64,000 bases of DNA. It comes from Camelus dromedarius (taxonomy: Eukaryota). The translations under genes were made by a program, and so were the position numbers. The notes below the pieces were generated by a model, which was not told where the DNA came from, did no database searches, and saw only the letters and a list, made by a program, of their open reading frames with translations. Of the stretch, positions 46,561 through 59,713 are shown piece after piece; within the stretch, counting starts at the first letter, position 1; each line of letters starts with the position of its first letter. The stretch covers positions 29,018,001 through 29,082,000 of the forward strand of contig NC_087437.1 of assembly GCF_036321535.1 (NCBI RefSeq). Reading direction: 5' to 3'.

Positions 46561-49533
46561 TCCTGCTGCAGTCTGGAAAAGTTAAAAGCTATTAGTGTTA
46601 TCTATTAGTGATTTTTTTTTAATTTAAAATCTTTCTGAATTTCCACAAGATTTTCTACAGTTATATTATGTGCCTATCCTAAATTTAAACTAGTAGTAAT
46701 TCAAATAATTGTAAATCTCCTATCTCTTACTGGCCATCTTTTTCACCAGTGTTAAGTTTTCCACCACCTGGTTTATCATATGATAGGTGGTTTAATAGTT
46801 AGTGGAAAGATAAGCTTTCCATAAATTTGGGAAAAGCAAAAGGAAAGGGAAAAAACCCTCATACTCTTCAAGAGAGATTATCAAAACTTGATCGTAGATA
46901 ACTGATGGGAGGATGAACGACTCTCCTCTGACACTGTTCAGATGTGTCCCAAAGTAGAATAAGAGTTCTTTTCTCCCATTTTTCTGTTTAAATAGCTCCT
47001 CAGAGAGGAAGATTAGGAAGAACAGCAAAAGCATGCTTGCTCTTTGGGAGTTCCTATTCAAGACTTCCCAGGGGTAAAAAAAAAAAAATCCATCAATTTA
47101 TAAGGGAAATGTCCCATAATTTAATTTAAGGTGAATCCAAACTCTGGGTGAGTTGAAAAAGTTCTGATACTCAAACTCTTCCCTCCTCTCCTGGTTCTAG
47201 TGTAGGAGTCTGAAGACTCTCTGCCTGTCCCTCAAGCCAGGTACCCATTTTGAAGGTTGAATACATAGGGCCTTGTTGTCATTTAGGCCACATGATGCTA
47301 AGTCTTCAAAACATTTCAAACAAATCAGATTCCTTTGGTTGAGTTGTACCAAAATATGCTGTTCTGAAGTGCCACTGTCAGACGTTTCAGCTTAATTTTA
47401 ATCTCCAGAATAGAAAGATTTGATTAAAATTAACAGAATATAACATTTTTTAAAAGACATTATTTTAAAACCCATGGGATTTCCTAAGGAAGAGACAATT
47501 GTTTTTAATATTTAGCATTTCTATTTAATCAAATTATAGTATCTTAAAGACATGGCACAATTTGTATTATAAAATCATTAACAGTTGCAACTACAAAATA
47601 CTATGCTTAAGTGTCAAAAGAAAAAAAAAAAAAAAAAACCAAAAACACTCAAAACCCAGATTCTAGATCTGCTTTGGCCAATAATGTACTATGTGACCTA
47701 CAGTAAATAACAACGCCTCAGGCTCTCAATTTCCACATCAGAAAAAAAAAAGGGTGTATAACCAAATGTATAGAATATTAGAGAAAGAAAGACTTCAATA
47801 AAGATCTAGTGGTTCTCAGTCAGGGGTTCTGAACCAGCCAAGTTAATAATGCTTTTCAGTGGGTAACAGACAATGAGCTATTTTCCTTACAGGAGTTCTT
47901 CAGAGACTTCTGGCAGGGGTACCAGGTTACAAACTTGCAAAGGGGAGAATGTAGTTATAATATGAAAAAAAAAATCACTCATAAATTAACTATTACAAAA
48001 AAAAAAAAAATAGCCCATTGCTATTCCCCTGTGCCAATAGACCTCGCCTTGCCTTCGGCTTCAGCATCTCTGTTCTCTTTGAGAGTTACTAGATGGCTTG
48101 CGCTCTTTCAACCACGTAGTGCAAAGTGCAACACGAAAATCAACTGCAAACTGAGTCAGAGATGAGGCACCAGGATGATGGTGCAGCAGAAGGCAAGGGT
48201 TTGCATATCAAAGGAGTAAGGAGGTCTTTGGGCCCCAGCTGTATTGCGCTTCGCTATCTAGACACCCCCTCAAGTGACCCTTCTTGCAAGCTGTAAGCAA
48301 GTTAAACGTGAAGTGAAAGCTTGTTAGGGAAGAATTTACATCAAAATAAAACAGCATTCTTGTCGCTCCCATTATTCTGTGATATCTTTAGATACAGATG
48401 ATCCTTAACTACAAGGATAACTGAAATAAAATCAACCTATTTCCATCATTTTAAGCTTCAACTTGCAAGGCGCAGTGACCTCTTTGTTACACAGACTCAC
48501 TGTAAACGGCCCTCTTCTGGAACCAATTATCCCCGTATAATCGGTACTGCCTATATTTTAAAATGTCTGATGGAAATAATAAATTTTACCCTCGTCAACA
48601 TGCACAGGTTAGCTAAAATATCAGATTTCTTTGGCTTTGGCCAATAGCGTATGCACCCAGTGTGGTAATCCTGGATATTTTACACTGATCAGAAGCAGTG
48701 ATTAATATGTTTTGTTAATAAAAATCTGAGAAAGGATTTATTAGTCATTAGATGCAGTTTGGTTAGCAAATTTTCAAAATATAGGCCCCATGGTAAGTGA
48801 GTGGATAATAAAGGTGGTCCTTAATATGAATAGATTGGAATTCGACAACGTACACCAGCTCTTAAATTTTACAGAAGCGGAAACTGAGGCCAAATGAGGT
48901 TGCAGCTTGCCAAAATCCCCTTCCAACTCTGAATTTTTATTTGTCTAGTGACTCTGTGTTACATTCCTAAGCCTTCCATATATTACAAGGTTTAATAAAT
49001 CTCCACTGGTGATAAATATATTCAACCTCAATTCCTCATGGTTCAGCTAAAATCCATTTCCTCTGTAGGTAAATTCCATTCCATCATACCTTTGGAAAGT
49101 GACTGTTTAATTAAAGCAACCCCATGGCTTGTGCTATAATGCGCTAATGTTAGGCTTGGTTACCTTAGCTCAGTAATCTCTGCTAGTAAAGCATATTTAT
49201 AAAAACACTTGTAACATGCGCATTAAATCCTCTTCATAGAACATGTGGCTCTAAATAATGAGAGAAAAATTTGGCAAAAGCATTTTGTGTTCTGCCAAAC
49301 CCAGCACAAAATGGTTTATGAAATTTAACTAAGACTTCGAGCACTGATTTCTGTTTTTTTTTTTTCCTCTCTGAATTCTTTGTCCTCCTTGAGGACAAAT
49401 CTTTTCTTAATTTATAATCTTTAAATTCTCAAGGCAACTTTTGTCATTTTCCCCGTGTTTTAGAAATCTGTGAAAGAATGTTAACTGCAAATTAACATAT
49501 GAGGAAAATATTCATTTAAATGATCTCATGTTT

Positions 49534-49655
49534 TATTATTTTTAGGGGAGTAATTAGGTTTATTTATTTATTTATTTTAATGGAGGTACTGGGGATTGAA
49601 CCCAGGACGTCATGCATGCTAGGCCACAAATTCTCCCACTGAGCTATACCCTCCC
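49534..49655 (-). mobile_element. tRNA-derived SINE (camelid vic-1 type)
   Basis: Reverse complement reads GGGAGGGTATAGCTCAGTGG...GTCCTGGGTTCAATCCCCAGTACCTCCATTAAAATAAATAAAT..CCTAATTACTCCCC; CTCATGTTT repeated at 49525 and 49664 (TSD remnant). Confidence 0.9.
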
Positions 49656-51244
49656 TGAGAGAGCTCATGTTTAGTATTATTAAGGGTCTGTTTTAAATTC
49701 CATGAAATAAGTTTAATATATTTTATTTTTTCTATGAGTCATCTTAACATTCCCACAGAAGATTCAAGATTAAAATTCATGAAAAAGAATCCCCTAAAAT
49801 GCTGCTCTAATTGACCTAAGCCACTTTGGTCATACACAACTCTTGAATCCTGTCTGACCCCAAAAGACCTTGGGTGGGAAAGTTTCAGCTCCTCCCCAAC
49901 AAGCTGCTTACCGCCTTATAATAAAAATAAATCTCAGACTCAATTTTGCCCTGCATATAGACATTTATTTAACAAACATTTATTAACAGGCAGGTTCAGA
50001 AATGGTTTTTACAACCTGATCTGGAAGCTTGAAGACATGCCCACTCTCTATTCTTTAGATATTCTGCACGAAGGTTTACTCGAGATAGAGAAAATAATCC
50101 ACAAGCAGGATTCTATCCCTTATAGCCTGCCTTGGAGAGCCAGTAAACCACAGAATGGATGAATGGACATAGAGCATCTAGAGGTCCAGCCTCCAGTCCC
50201 CTTCCTGCTGGTCCAAGCTTAAGGATTCACCAGATTTATCCCGAAATAGAAAATGTGCCTAAAAATCTCAGCGATCCACGAATACCGTTAATGTCACCAA
50301 TAATGGCCCGTTTCTAACATTCATCATGCCTATAAATAAACCATGAATTTCCCAGATAAAAACCACTTCTGACATTTAGTATGCTAATTAGCCAAGTCTC
50401 AGGTGTTGAGATGCAGAAAGCTGAAGCACTTGTACTAGTTACCTCGGAAAAATGGCATTTTCTGATAAATTGCTCGCTGCCCATCTCTGGAATCTCCATT
50501 AAGGCAACTGACTGCCCCTTGGGTTAAACCTGAAACTAACAGACACATATGTCATGTTACACTGTCAGTGCTAGAGCACTTTTTAATGGATTACAGATCT
50601 CATAACCAAGCCTTGATTATTATTATTAGGCATTTTGAGATAGCATTTATAGCAGTAACAGGTGAAATAACAAGAGGAGAAATTCTGTTTAGAATTCTCT
50701 TTGCATTTCTAAATGGGAGTTTTCTTAGTTTGGAGAGTTAATTTTCATTTTACCATACGTATTCCATTTTACCATCGACCTTTACCTCTATGAATTGGTA
50801 AATACTATTCATGGTAGAGATCTTGAATAGTTAATTTACTGCTATGTTAAACTTGGAGTTCATTCCGTTTTGCCCTAATTCCTGCTGATTTAAAGCACTC
50901 CCAGCTAGAGATGGTTTTATAAACAGAATGGTCTTTAAAGGAAAAGGAATGTTACTGTGCTTTTCTTTCCCTTTTTTATGCTAGTTGCTAAGCATTAGAA
51001 TTGTGAAAACTATTTTTAAATTTAAAAGCATTTTCATTATCTAGCTCTTATGAATTCATATGTACACAGAGGCATCCACCGAAAGAAGTGAACAAGCTTT
51101 GACACTCAGTCAAGAGAAATAATCATTATGGCCAATCTTTTAAAGAAGCATATTCCAAATTGGCATTCCAGAAAAACTAGGAGAGCCAGAAAGGGGTGAT
51201 TTAAGTGTTACTGTCCTTTAAGCCTGTGGTGTTAGGGGAAGGAA

Positions 51245-51500
51245 ACTGACATTTGTTGAGTCACTATGTGTCAGGCAATGTGCCAAGTACTTGACATGTG
51301 CTATTTTATTAGATAGATTCACGATCATTCTATTAGGGATGGCAACAGTATAGGGTTGAAAGAACAGGCCTTGAAGTCAAGAAGATCTGTGTTTAAATCT
51401 TAGCCTCACCACCCTGTCTCTGGGATTTTTGCCAAAAGCTGTGTTCTCTGAGCCTCAGTTTCTTCATCAGTAAATACTACTACTTACCTTATGGGGCTAA
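51245..51500. mobile_element. MIR fragments
   Basis: 'tgacatttgttgagtcactatgtgtcaggc' and 'ctctgagcctcagtttcttcatcagtaaa'. Confidence 0.75.
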
Positions 51501-51611
51501 TATGCATGCATGCCTGTGTGTGTGTGTTTTAATGACTGGTATATAGTCATCACTGAAATATGTGTCTATTTTCTTATTACTAATGAGTTAGCATTTCTAA
51601 CAAAAGATATA

Positions 51612-51991
51612 TGTCCTAGGGTAAGTTGTGTTCCCCCCAAAGCCCTAACCCCCAGGACCCCAGAATGTGACTATATGTGGAGATAGGGCCTTCAAAGAGG
51701 TGATTAAGTTAAAATGAGGCCTTTGGGGTGGGCCCTAATCCAGTCTGACTGGTGTCCTTATAGAAAGAGAAAATTTGAACGCAGATATCAAGGGCATGTG
51801 TGCGCACAGGGGAAAGGCCCTGTGAAGACACAGTGAGACTCGTCATCTGCAAGCCAAGGAGAGAGACCGCAGGAGAAACCCATCAGCTAACATGAATCCT
51901 GGACCTCTAGCCCCCAGAACTGTGAGAAAATAATTTTCTGTTGCTTAGGCCACCCGCTCATTTATTATGGCAGCTCTCGCAAAATAACACA
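51612..51991 (+). mobile_element. MaLR solo LTR (MLT1A/MLT1B-like)
   Basis: TG...CA ends; 'cagaatgtgact.tat.tggagatagggccttcaaagaggtgattaagttaaaatgagg', 'ccctaatcca.tctgactggtgtccttata', 'tctagcccccagaactgtgagaaaataa'. Confidence 0.92.
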
Positions 51992-52629
51992 AAGTGTAAA
52001 CATAATCATCCATGTATTGCTACTGACGTCAATTTCTTTGAATATTTTTAAAATAAAATTTTCCATTATCAAACAACCCCAGTGTGGAAGTTAACGTGAA
52101 TTATCCTTGGGAAAAGAATCTTTTTCCAAGTGGCAGAATAGCAAATGTGATGCGTTTTAAAGAGCCCTTGTGAAGTTTATGTAAGTAGAAATGGAGCAAA
52201 TGAAATTGAACATGTCAGCCTTTATTCATTTATTGCATATGGATGGATTTATCAGGAATTTATTTTGCAGTCCCAGGTGATAGAAAGATAAATATAACAC
52301 AGTCCCTGTCCTCAAAGAGCTCAGAGGCAAACAGTAAATCATGCATTTTGTAAAAATATTCCAAACTGCTCAGAGAGGTGGTGAGTTAGGAGCAGTCTCA
52401 TTTCCCAGAAGCATAAGGGGAAGGGACCTTTGGAGTCTACACAAACTGTTCTGTGAAGACACTGATCCTAGCAACCAGTCTGGTCCACAAAGATGAACAG
52501 AACTCTAAGAATATTAATTGTGAAATTAGAAATAAAACAGGAAAACATATCATTGTAAAAAGCTGTAGAATCTTTACATTTTGTAGGTGCCTCTATTGCC
52601 TTTAACCTCCAAATCATTTAAAAAAAAAA

Positions 52630-53305
52630 AATCCACTTCATTCCATGTCTGCTCCTAACACAATATCCGAGCCCCTCTCATCTCCTGCCTGGACTGCTGT
52701 GGCTGTCGGCTTCCAGCCTTGTCCCTCTACAGTCCTTCCTTCACAGAGCAGCCAGGCTGATCTCTTTTAAGTCCCAAATCTGATCATGTCATTCCTGTGT
52801 TTAAAATATATCGAAGATTTTCTGTTTTCAATTAGGAGGCACATTAAGGTTCTTTACCTTTGTCTCAGAGGCCCTATGTGATCTAGCTCTCCCTCCACTC
52901 TGACGTCACTTCCCATCACTGTCTTCCATGCCCACTTCTCCCTCTTTTGTGAGCACGCCCAGCTTCTCCCCAGTTTAAGGTTTTGGCATTAGATGTTCTC
53001 TGCCTGCCTGCAAAGCCCTTACCCTGGATGCTTACATGCCTGCCACCTTCTCTGCATTTCAGCTTAAATAGAATCTCCTAGAGAGGCCTTTTCTGAGAAC
53101 ATAATCTAAAATTGCTGTCTATCAGTTTATTTTATTGTTATCACAGCACTTCTCATTAGCTGGTATTTCCTTGTGTGTTTCTTGTTTGCCCCTGGAGGAT
53201 GTATGTTCCCTGTGAGCCATGACCTTGCCTGTCTTGTTCATGGCTGTATCTCAGTTTCCAAAGTGCCTATCCCGCAGTAGACACTCAGTAAACATGTTTT
53301 AATTC
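52630..53305 (+). mobile_element. L2 3' region
   Basis: 'tctcctgcctggactgctg', 'aaatctgatcatgtcattcctg', 'agagaggccttttctga', 'tgtcttgttcatggctgtatctc..cagtagacactcagtaaac'. Confidence 0.85.
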
Positions 53306-55159
53306 ATGTGTTGATATAAAATGAAGCTCAGGCAGAGTCACAAAGGTATGGTGATCTACCCTGAAAGGGTAAACCTGCAGTGGGATATACACAACCTATA
53401 TATTGAAAGTGTCCTTAGTGAGAACATGACTCTGAACTCTGTTCACACAATTGCAGTACGTTAGACTTCAGAGGAGCACTTCTTAAAAGTAGTAGTTTTA
53501 AGACAAATAAAAAATAAGGACTAATAAAAAAATTTTGACAACTTTTACTCAAAAAGCAATCTGAGTACATAGATTTAAGTGGTCAGTGTCTTGGAGATGC
53601 AAACCTTGTGATGACCTGTGCTGCCATTGAAAGTAAACACTGAAAGGATTTAGGTGCTGGATTCTTTTTTGCAAATAAATGCTTCTTGTGGACAGACAGG
53701 TGAAAGGCAAACTCCAGTCTTCAATTCAGCTTTAAGAAAAGTCAACCTAAAAAGTCCCTTTTTCCTTAGGTATTTGTTACAGTTGAAGTGTATTAAGTTT
53801 TTACTCCATTCATAAAACTGAAGAGCTTGACAGATTTCTGAGTGATCTGAACTGGATTAAAATGAGATGTTTATGAAAATTCTCACATTTCACGCATTTA
53901 GTTGATTTGCTATGGGAGAATAATTCAGTAGAACTCTTTGAAAGACTTGTGTTAGGATATAGAACTCTAAAGTTAACTTTGTCTTAAAAATTTAATTCTC
54001 TAGTTACATCTTAGAAGATATGACGTAGAACAAAATATTTAAAATACATATTAATCAGCAAATTGGTTTTATTATCTTGTATTTTTAGAGGTTGAATTTT
54101 TGACAGTGAACATGGATGGTAGTACTCCACAAATGAATGATTACCTGGATTTGAAGGTCTTCAAAGAAAATTAATTCATTTTAATAATCCTTTACAAATT
54201 TTACCTCCTTTGCTGATAAAAACTATTTTGTTGTATCTAAACACAATGTGCAGTTGTTAAAGTTTTTTTTTTTTTTTAACTTTCTATCCTCAGTGATGTA
54301 AAACATGCCATTTTAATTTAGCATGTATGTGCTGGCCACCGTGACTCTTGGTCTTCTGTTGACTAAATAATTATTTTGGTTTAGTGCATTCTTATATCTT
54401 TTTGTTGATTTGACAAATATGTTCTTAGGACTTACTTTAAACATGTCGTACTGGGTATTGAGTCACTCATTCATTAATTCATTTACAACTTAATGAGACT
54501 TTTCTTTGTTCTAGGCAGGCTTCTGGATATTAGGGATAGATGAATAAGATAAGGCTCTATCTTTAAGCTACAAACAGTCTAGGGAAAAAAATTCCTATTT
54601 TCCACTTCATTGATTATTTTTTGATTTCTTCATTCAATGGAAAATTAAAAATTTTTAGCATGATTTGTCATATGTAAATTTATGATATTGAGGGATTTTC
54701 TTGTTTGTTCAGATATCTGCTTTTCTCTCCACTGTCACAGACACTGAGTATGGAAATTCTATTATTAATTACCTCCGTTGTTTATAGATTGGTGACGAAA
54801 ATTCAGTTTTGTTTTCTGAACTAAGGATAAGCCTCTGTATGGATGACTAAAGACAACTCAAATGTACAAGGGAGTCATGTTCTAATAGCTCATTTATAAG
54901 TATTAGCTGTTGAAATCAGAACACATTTCCCTATAGTGCTATACTGCATGACTTGGTTTGACTCTTAGGCTAGTTTCGAAGCCTACTTAACCCATAATGT
55001 AATTAAAATACATTAGTAACAGCACAGGCTCATGTCTTGGCTCCCAGAAGCAAGAAGTCATTTGGAGCAGAAGCAGGAAGAACAGAGGCATTTCCGAATT
55101 TCTTAGTCATAGAACCTTCATTAGGTAATACTTGGAGGTAAAAATATAATTTTTTAGAG

Positions 55160-55317
55160 CAGGGTTTCTCAAACATTAATGAGCATCAAGACCCCTGAGG
55201 GTTTTGAAGCTGATTCTGCTTCAGCAGGCTCAAGGTGGAACCTGAGATTTCTGCATTTCTAACGAGCTTCCAGATAATGCCATAGCATTGTCTTCAGACC
55301 ATGCTTTGAGTGACAAG
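55160..55317. mobile_element. MER5A fragment
   Basis: 'cagggtttctcaaacatt..gcatca..tctgcttcagcagg..cctgagatttctgcatttctaacgagcttccagataatgcc..ctttgagt'. Confidence 0.85.
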
Positions 55318-56787
55318 ATCTTAGATTACCTTAACTAGTCACAAGACTTCTGTAGTTGGAATTCCTCTGCCCTGCCCCCACCTTTGTTGATTGTTCTCTC
55401 AATTTACTGTGACAACCTGCCATCTCTCCCCATAAAATATTTCCTACTCCCAAACCAACCACAGAATCCCCCATCTCTACAAATAAAGCTGATTTCAGCT
55501 AATGTGTAGAAAAAAGCTACCTAATTTAAATTGCTTCACCTTTATATGACTAACGTCACATTAACCCTAAAAAGTGTAGACTGATTTTTTTTTTAAAAGA
55601 GATGCCTTAGCCAAATGGAGTCTTCAGTTGGAGGAATTTGGGATGTTGCATAAAAATAAAAATAAAAAACAAAAAACTCACACCAGGTGCCGAGAGAGGG
55701 ATATTTTAATCAAGCCTGCCACGGAGCCCCGTGTGGAGATGTGCCTCAGGACTCAATGTCCCAGAGTTACTTCTGTGTCTTACAGGTACTCCTCTTCCTC
55801 TACTCCTGGACTGCTGAGGCCTTCGAAAGAGTAGGCTGACTGCTTATTCATTATTAAGTTCTATTTGAAACAACTAATGTTTATCAAGCCCTCACTTTGT
55901 ACAAAGCACTGTGATGAAGATTTTATTTGTAGGTAAATAAGCTCTCAGGGAACTTATGGTTTAATAAGAGCTGCACTTTTACCTAATTCTTTCCTTATAG
56001 GAAACAAAATTCTACACCTGTCCTAGGTAACTCTGACTGTCCAACAGACTTAGATCAAAAAAAGAGCCAGCTGTGAGCTTAGGAAAGTCACCATCTTTGG
56101 GGAATTTATTTTCAAGCCTATAGAAGTTTCCAACCCAGGCATTAAAATTATAATAATATCACTCTTGTGTGACCCGTCTGTGTCTCTTCCTCATCCCTGC
56201 TGGTCTTTATATTACTTCTGCTCTCATAGACCTGATCAACAGTGTTACTCATCCCTGCCCCCCACCATTAGATGTGTTACTTCCTAACAAAATATGCCCT
56301 AACGTTGTAGTCCTGTCTCTGTCCTGTGTCAGTATCTGTGAGATCAAGCTCCTTTGAAATTTCAAGTTCAAATTTACTCTGGGTCAAAAATTGATAACTT
56401 AAGGTGGTCTCTTTTGTATTTGACCAGTACAGTATTAACTTAGGAAGAATAAGAATGAGGATAAAAACGAGAATGAGGAAGAGGAGGAGGATGAGAAGGG
56501 AAAGTAGACTGGATTTAGTAATTGTTGAGTTTACCCCACACAGAGGCCACGCTGCTGCACCTGATACCTGCTGGCTAGGCTGCCTGCAGGTGTTTGCATT
56601 TCCCATTCTCTGCACTAACCATACTCTGTACTAAAAGGGGGACTAGACCGTAAATTAATTTGTTTACCCACTTCTCTGGTAGTTGTTAGAAGAATTTCTG
56701 ACAGTGTCTCACTCTGGTACCATTAAATAAATATATATCATGTCTGTCATCTTCCAGAATTTGATTTTGAAGTTTATTATAAATAAG

Positions 56788-57216
56788 TGTGTTAGGATTT
56801 TCCAAAGAAGCAGACTGAGATACAACAGGACGTGAACATATATGTAGAACTAAATTTTATTTCAAGGAATTGGCTTACACAGGTATGGAGGCTGCCAAGT
56901 CCAAGATCTGCAGGGTGGGCCATGAGGCTGGAGAACCAGGGAAGAGCCAATGCTGTAGTTCAGGTTTGGAGGCCATCTGCTGACCAAAAGAATCCCCTTT
57001 TGGTCAAGGGAGGTCGGTCTTTTGTTCTATACAGGCCTTCAGTTAATTGAATGAGGTCCATCCACAATGTGGAATGCAATCTACTTTACTCAAAATTCAC
57101 CAGTTTAAATGTTCATCCCATCCAAAACACCCTCACAGAAACATCCAGGATCATATTTGACCACAGATCTGGGTACCATGGCTCAACAAAGCTGCCACAG
57201 AAAATTGACCATCACA
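56788..57216 (-). mobile_element. ERVL solo LTR (MLT2 family)
   Basis: 'tgtgttaggattttcca..aaggaattggcttacac..tggaggctg.caagtccaagatctgcag..aatctactttactcaaa..aatgttcatcccatccaaaacaccctcacagaaaca..aaattgaccatcaca'. Confidence 0.92.
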
Positions 57217-58499
57217 GTAGGAACAGGTTTAAAAAATAATTATGTCCTATTTCAAAATACTATAGCAAGGTGCATGCATAAGAATTATCCTAACATTTCT
57301 TAGGACTGATCTGACCACAATATTTTGTCCAATTTGACTTCTACCTAGATTCCACTACCTGTGCCCCTGTAACCAGGAATTATTCAGCCTTAAGAGTCTG
57401 AGAGTGGGGAGGTGGGGAGTGGGAACAGAGGGAGAGCAGTAATATAGTTGCTTTTGGAGAAACTAATAGATATTTCTTCCTTCTATTATAACGAACGGAT
57501 TTTACCCCAGTTCCTTTTTTTTTCCAGTTCCTTTTTTAGAAGTCTTCACTCTAGAATTACTAGAAACATCTAAAATTCTGTATGCTCACCTTTCATGTGA
57601 TGAAAACTATAAAACATAATCCTTTAACAAAAGCATTCATTTTCATTTTGCATATATTTATGTATTGAACTAATAACTTCTAAGCTCTTTCATGGGAAGA
57701 AATTTGTGAGCCATTTGTGCTGACTCTGGGTGGTCCCTTTGTTGTTCTGTATTCATTTTATTGGTGATTTTGCCAATTAAAAATTATTTCATCTTTAAAC
57801 TTGCACAAAGTAGGAGAAATGACCAAGTTTCCATCAAAATGCAGATCAAAACTTCAGACTGCTTTACTTCTGTTTAAACTAAGAATGGGTATTGACATTA
57901 AGCTCAAAATAAAGTGATCACAGATTGTTTTTTTGACATACTCTGCTGGGACTTTTCAGAATAAGATAATTTGCATATAAAATGTCATTGCTTTTTCATG
58001 TATCAGTTTATATGAAATAGTTTATCACAAAGCTAACATTCAATTTTTATTAAGTATAAAAAAGATTATTAGACTGTGGACAATTAAAGTCTATGTTTAT
58101 CATATTTTTCAGTCAGATAAAACTTTGATCCATGAAGTAATTAGAAAGTCTGTGTCTTATATTCGAGCTTAAGGAGAGATTATTACCCTATTAAAAATAG
58201 CCCCTCTTTTGTTGTGGTGATTTTATACCCTCTTTCTGAGTTTACCAAAAAAAAAAAAAAGCCCTACCTGGGAATAACCTTGTCTTTCTATTCCCTCCCC
58301 TGACTCCAAGACACTCTTACTCTGTTTAATCCTTGTGTTAAACCTTGATTATTTGCCTGAACATTACGTTATAGAAATCAACGTCAGTATGTGTAAAAAT
58401 GTCTGCGTTTTACAGAAGTTTTATAACAAATGGTGTCATGAAAACCTTTCAAATATTTATGAACAGGAAGACAAGGCTTGGCTCCTTTTACATTCTTCT

Positions 58500-58665
58500 C
58501 TATTAATCACATATCGAACAGTAATGGGACATTCGTATGTCTGCTTTCCTACTAGGCTGCAGACTTCTTGAGGGCAGGACCTAGACCATGTTCATCCTGG
58601 TTGATGGAGGAGCGGGCACTAGCCCAGTACCTGGCACACAGAGCAGGTCTCAATGAGAGTAGAGG
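58500..58665 (+). mobile_element. L2 3' end fragment
   Basis: 'tgtctgctttcctactaggctgcagacttcttgagggcaggacc..cccagtacctggcacacagagcaggtctcaat'. Confidence 0.8.
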
Positions 58666-59459
58666 AATGAAGCATCGTTTAAGACTCCACCACTGCCATT
58701 AATGATAAATGGATGAATAATAAAAGAAGCAGTGCATCAACCTCAGGCCTGGCTTTTCTGGTTAGTTTCATTAGCAACACATAAACAAGAAACTGTCCTG
58801 TGTTTGTTTATTGGCAAAATAGCTTTGACTTTAAAGTCAAACCACTTATTATATATGGTTAATATCTCATCTCTCATTGCCTTCTACCTCCAAATTCTGT
58901 TTATTCTCATTAGGATAAAATTTGAAAACTTCAAATGACAATTTGAACAAAAGTAACTGACTGTCTTCACAGACATCATACATAGTATAAACTGCCTATC
59001 AGAGAGCATAGTGAGTAATTAAACCCGGTAAGTAGAGACATAGAAATTAGACCCATTTTAAAAATGATAATTATGTTATATCTTCAAAGCATCCTTTCTT
59101 CCCCATATCTTATAACTCTAATTTATATCAAGTCCATTAAGTAAAATTTTTCTTCCCATGCTATAGATGGATAGGAAAAAACTTTCCTATTTTCTGATAG
59201 GCCAAGTGTGTGCTAACTGCTGTGTAAACACAGAAGTGGACGTATTAATATACTAATGTATCTGCAACAATATGTTTAACAGTAATGCTCTAACACGTTC
59301 CTTATAAAAGTTTTGATTATATTAAAGTTCTCTTTTCTCAGTATAACTACTACATCTTAAATTCCATAGTCTTTTACAGATTTTACAGAGAAAATGCAGT
59401 TTTTCCTGCTCAGCCATCTCCTTAAAAAAATAAAAAAGATTTCAAAATGCAATTAATAA

Positions 59460-59713
59460 TTATAATAATACTAATTTACACTTACAAAGGGCTAACCAGA
59501 TGCTAGCACTAATACAAGTGCTTTGCAGGTATCTACTCACTTATTTCTCAAGACATCCTATGGAGTAACTATTATTATTGGCCCTCTACTACTTATGAGG
59601 TCTCTGAGGTGTGGAGAGGTTAAATAACTTATCCAAAGTCACATGTAGTAAGTGGCAAAGCTGAGATTTGAACACAGGCAATTTATCTCCAAAGTCTATG
59701 CTCTTAATCACTA
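59460..59713 (-). mobile_element. MIR SINE
   Basis: 'aataatactaatttacac..gaggtgtggagaggttaaataacttatccaaagtcaca..aagtggcaaagctgagatttgaacacaggca..gctcttaatcacta'. Confidence 0.88.

Noticed and set aside
44620..50076. Exact 13-mer CTGCACGAAGGTT repeated at 44620-44632 and 50064-50076
   Set aside because: Tens of 13-mer matches are expected by chance in 64 kb, and the flanks align only loosely.
50159..50317. 52-aa plus-strand ORF MNGHRASRGPASSPLPAGPSLRIHQIYPEIENVPKNLSDPRIPLMSPIMARF
   Set aside because: Protein-like appearance and some CpGs, but short, unrecognised and without supporting promoter or splice signals.
56441..56506. Stretch that could encode an acidic/basic low-complexity peptide
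   Set aside because: Purine-rich degenerate tri/hexanucleotide repeat with no flanking homology to a known gene.
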